A program made the translations under genes and the position numbers. Source: Naegleria gruberi (taxonomy: Eukaryota). Taken from it: 1,050 bases of DNA. Below, piece by piece: positions 1-1,050 of the stretch (position 1 is its first letter; every line of letters begins with the position of its first letter). The notes below the pieces were generated by a model. It did no database searches. It worked only from the letters and a program-made list of their open reading frames with translations, and had not been told where the DNA came from. The DNA is taken from assembly GCA_000004985.1 (NCBI GenBank), contig GG739593.1; one strand, written 5' to 3'.

Positions 1-34
1 ATTATTTTCAGGTCTCAATTCTGGTGCGTCTAAT

Positions 35-826
35 TTAGTAAGATTGACCTCCTTTTATATTATTACCTTCAAGATGTAGATATTTCAAGTGTTCCAGTAA
101 TTGATAATTTGCAAAAAGGATATTGATAATAAAGAAACCAAAAAGCACAAGCCTCTTGGTATATGGAGAAATTGCAATTTTTAGCGCAGGTTTTGGTGCA
201 CCAAAAGCTATCGAATGATCTGGACATGACAGTTGAATATTAACCAATTCCAAATCTTCAATACCACTAAAATCGAGAAGATCACTAAATAAATGCACTC
301 TATGTAATTTCAAAGTTTTAAGATTTGAAAGCAGGGGAAGGTTGAAAGGAGTATGATAACGTCTGCAAATTATTGAGAGTCTTTCCATATTTGGAGGAAA
401 TGTTTGAATCTCTTCCAAGTCAACATCCTCTACTTCGAAATTCTTAACACTTTCTGGATATTCTACCGGTTCATCTGTCAAATCAACACAGTTTTCAATT
501 CCATCTTGAGTAAGATCGATGATCTTGGCTGGATCTACATTTTCTCCCAAAGCTCCATCATCATTGAAATTATTTCTGGTAATTACAACAGTTTCAAGGA
601 AGGGATATCGGTTCAGACCAGCAATGTTAGCTTCTGGTGATATAGTTACAGTTCTAATAATGTTGCAAAATTTAAAGTTTGGATCGGAGAATTTAAATCT
701 TATCAATATAGAATCTGGAAAGGCAAATGATAGAATATAGAGTTTAATTTCGGTTGGAAATTGCTTGAGAGAGTTGTAGAATACTTCCTCTTGATGTCTT
801 CTTCTTGTGATTGATCGGATGGTCAT
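35..826 (-). CDS. Alternative shorter isoform or true start at M43 (263 aa, 'MTIRSITRRRHQEEVFYNSLKQFPTEI...'). Same frame and stop as the long ORF, with the F-box ~18 residues from the N-terminus.
   Basis: ATG at 824-826 (minus strand) is immediately preceded by an A10 tract, 'aatcaaaaaaaaaatcATGac', with A at -3. That is the classic A-rich yeast initiation context. F-box motifs usually sit at the extreme N-terminus. This is the first AUG reached after the out-of-frame uORF (913-960) terminates. Confidence 0.35.
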   Translation of the reverse strand: MTIRSITRRRHQEEVFYNSLKQFPTEIKLYILSFAFPDSILIRFKFSDPNFKFCNIIRTVTISPEANIAGLNRYPFLETVVITRNNFNDDGALGENVDPAKIIDLTQDGIENCVDLTDEPVEYPESVKNFEVEDVDLEEIQTFPPNMERLSIICRRYHTPFNLPLLSNLKTLKLHRVHLFSDLLDFSGIEDLELVNIQLSCPDHSIAFGAPKPALKIAISPYTKRLVLFGFFIINILFANYQLLEHLKYLHLEGNNIKGGQSY

Positions 827-952
827 GATTTTTTTTTTGATTAGTTTGTCAATTTCCAACAAACAGGTTTTTAATAGAATATATTTTGCAAAATCAACTC
901 GAGTTGATTGTTCTAAAATTTGTGCCAAGGAACACAAAAACTTGTCAACCAT
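35..952 (-). CDS. Putative F-box / leucine-rich-repeat protein (305 aa; stop TAA at 35-37). F-box-like motif 'LKQFPTEIKLYILSFAFPD' at residues ~62-80, acidic D/E-rich linker at residues ~127-190, LRR-like C-terminus ending 'LEHLKYLHLEGNNIKG'.
   Basis: A 918-nt open frame is very long for a ~33% GC, stop-codon-rich sequence. The residues look like real protein rather than low complexity. 'LxxFPxEIxLxILSF' matches the core of the F-box consensus (LxxLPxEILxxIxxxL). 'LPLLSNLKTLKLHRVHL', 'LLDFSGIEDLELVNIQL' and 'LLEHLKYLHLEGNNI' fit the LxxLxxLxLxxNxI LRR pattern. Codon usage is consistent across the ORF (AGA Arg x3 at 797-805, TTG Leu, GGT Gly). The start context gcaATGg has a purine at -3 and G at +4. 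Confidence 0.8.
   Translation of the reverse strand: MVDKFLCSLAQILEQSTRVDFAKYILLKTCLLEIDKLIKKKIMTIRSITRRRHQEEVFYNSLKQFPTEIKLYILSFAFPDSILIRFKFSDPNFKFCNIIRTVTISPEANIAGLNRYPFLETVVITRNNFNDDGALGENVDPAKIIDLTQDGIENCVDLTDEPVEYPESVKNFEVEDVDLEEIQTFPPNMERLSIICRRYHTPFNLPLLSNLKTLKLHRVHLFSDLLDFSGIEDLELVNIQLSCPDHSIAFGAPKPALKIAISPYTKRLVLFGFFIINILFANYQLLEHLKYLHLEGNNIKGGQSY
53..367 (-). other. Leucine-rich-repeat-like C-terminal region (residues ~196-300)
   Basis: There are three or more segments with LxxLxxLxLxx(N/C)xL spacing. The last one, 'LLEHLKYLHLEGNNIKG', is a near-textbook LRR and sits just before the stop. Confidence 0.45.
191..206. repeat. Perfect 16-bp palindrome TTTTGGTGCACCAAAA, centred on GTGCAC, inside the CDS (it encodes FGAPK on the minus strand).
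   Basis: Verified base by base: the sequence equals its own reverse complement. Flanking bases 190 (g) and 207 (g) break the symmetry. Confidence 0.9.
653..781 (-). other. F-box-like domain (residues ~58-100: FYNSLKQFPTEIKLYILSFAFPDSILIRFKFSDPNFKFCNIIR)
   Basis: By-eye match to the F-box consensus: L62, F65-P66, E68-I69, L71, I73-L74, then a hydrophobic-rich continuation. The trailing half is degenerate, with no clear VSKxW-like segment. Confidence 0.45.
829..838. repeat. Homopolymer T10 on the plus strand (A10 on the coding strand). It encodes KKK in the long ORF, or forms the A-rich leader of the M43 start.
   Basis: Positions 829-838 are all t, flanked by a at 828 and g at 839. Confidence 0.95.
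892..909. repeat. Perfect 18-bp palindrome AATCAACTCGAGTTGATT, centred on CTCGAG, inside the N-terminal part of the long ORF (it encodes QSTRVD).
   Basis: Verified base by base: the sequence equals its own reverse complement. Flanking bases 891 (a) and 910 (g) break the symmetry. Confidence 0.9.
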
Positions 953-960
953 TGCATCAT
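913..960 (-). other. Short overlapping upstream ORF (ATG ATG CAA TGG TTG ACA AGT TTT TGT GTT CCT TGG CAC AAA TTT TAG, giving MMQWLTSFCVPWHKF*). It is out of frame with the main ORF and overlaps it.
   Basis: Read directly from the minus strand. Two consecutive ATGs lie at 958-960 and 955-957, 3-10 nt upstream of the main ATG (950-952), in a different frame. A stop is reached at 913-915. This is a potential translational control element, not a gene. Confidence 0.25.
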
Positions 961-1050
961 TGCAAATTTAACCCAAACGGAAACACAGTTTTTCAAGTTG
1001 ACTAAACTTGTTAAAATACTTTACAAAAGTAAAAACATTTTATTATCCCA
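953..1050 (-). promoter_or_regulatory. AT-rich 5' flank of the minus-strand gene. It contains TATA-like elements: 'ATAATAAAA' (complement of 1038-1046), 'GTATTTTAAC' (complement of ~1011-1020) and 'TTAAATTT' (complement of ~962-969).
   Basis: This is sequence composition only. An in-frame stop (TAA, complement of 968-970) closes the ORF just upstream of the first ATG. TATA-like A/T blocks lie 10-95 nt upstream of the ATG. No experimental or comparative support is available from this window. Confidence 0.25.

Noticed and set aside
34-40. TACTAAA on the minus strand (complement of tttagta), resembling the yeast intron branch-point TACTAAC
   Set aside because: It overlaps the TAA stop codon and differs at the last base. 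No GTATGT 5' splice-site motif is found upstream on the minus strand anywhere in the ORF, so there is no support for an intron.
404-640. Plus-strand ORF of 78 aa (MNLFQVNILYFEILNTFWIFYRF...)
   Set aside because: It is entirely antisense to, and nested inside, the 305-aa ORF. The sequence is low-complexity and F/I/L/N-rich, typical of the mirror frame of an AT-rich coding strand. There is no start context or independent signal. It is most likely a spurious shadow ORF.
519-740. Plus-strand ORF of 73 aa (MILAGSTFSPKAPSSLKLFLVITTVSRKGY...)
   Set aside because: Same reasoning: it is antisense to the main CDS, overlaps the other shadow ORF, and has no supporting promoter or RBS-like feature.
953-1010. 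Bacterial-style sigma70 promoter (TTGAAA ... TTAAAT) upstream of the minus-strand ORF
   Set aside because: The spacer is 19-20 nt, which is too long. The -10 match is only 4/6. No Shine-Dalgarno sequence precedes either candidate ATG. Codon usage and start context look eukaryotic (yeast-like) rather than bacterial.
994-1010. Short inverted repeat caagtt-gacta-aacttg in the 5' flank
   Set aside because: The arms are only 6 bp with a 5-nt loop and no extension of complementarity. This is expected by chance in AT-rich DNA.
1015-1030. Near match to the yeast ARS consensus (TTTTACTTTTG versus WTTTAYRTTTW) on the minus strand of the 5' flank
   Set aside because: It matches at 10/11 positions, but the mismatch is at a core position (R). 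Such A/T 11-mers are very frequent in 33% GC DNA. There is no flanking B-element evidence.
1-1050. Giant-virus or FNIP-repeat F-box protein, or Legionella/Amoebophilus-type bacterial F-box effector
   Set aside because: No FNIP-like repeat signature, no AAAATTGA-type early promoter motif, no SD or operon context, and no ankyrin repeats are present. I cannot exclude a non-yeast origin, but nothing in the sequence positively supports it.
1-1050. CRISPR array, tRNA/rRNA gene, transposon ends, or defence-system gene cluster
   Set aside because: No spaced direct repeats were found, and no cloverleaf-compatible segment. No terminal inverted repeats flank the ORF. There is only one gene in the window, so no 'system' can be inferred.

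Overview
This AT-rich window (my hand count: C=166, G=176 of 1050, about 33% GC) is dominated by one long minus-strand ORF (35..952, 305 aa). The rest is about 100 nt of AT-rich 5' flank (953-1050) and 34 nt of 3' flank. The product reads as a small eukaryote-type F-box protein with a D/E-rich linker and C-terminal leucine-rich repeats. Codon choice (AGA-AGA-AGA for RRR, TTG Leu, CAA Gln, GGT/GGA Gly, A-rich start context) is reminiscent of a budding-yeast-like genome. A nematode, protist, giant-virus or intracellular-bacterial-effector origin cannot be excluded from the sequence alone. I cannot support any tRNA, rRNA, CRISPR array, mobile element or multi-gene 'system' here; it looks like a single gene. 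The observations worth a second look are: (1) an ambiguous translation start, with two out-of-frame AUGs 3-10 nt upstream of the ORF's first ATG and a second in-frame ATG (M43) sitting right after an A10 tract in a yeast-optimal context; (2) two perfect palindromes inside the CDS, 16 bp at 191-206 and 18 bp at 892-909, centred on GTGCAC and CTCGAG; (3) the in-frame A10 homopolymer; (4) two CUG codons whose decoding depends on clade; (5) roughly two-fold CpG depletion.
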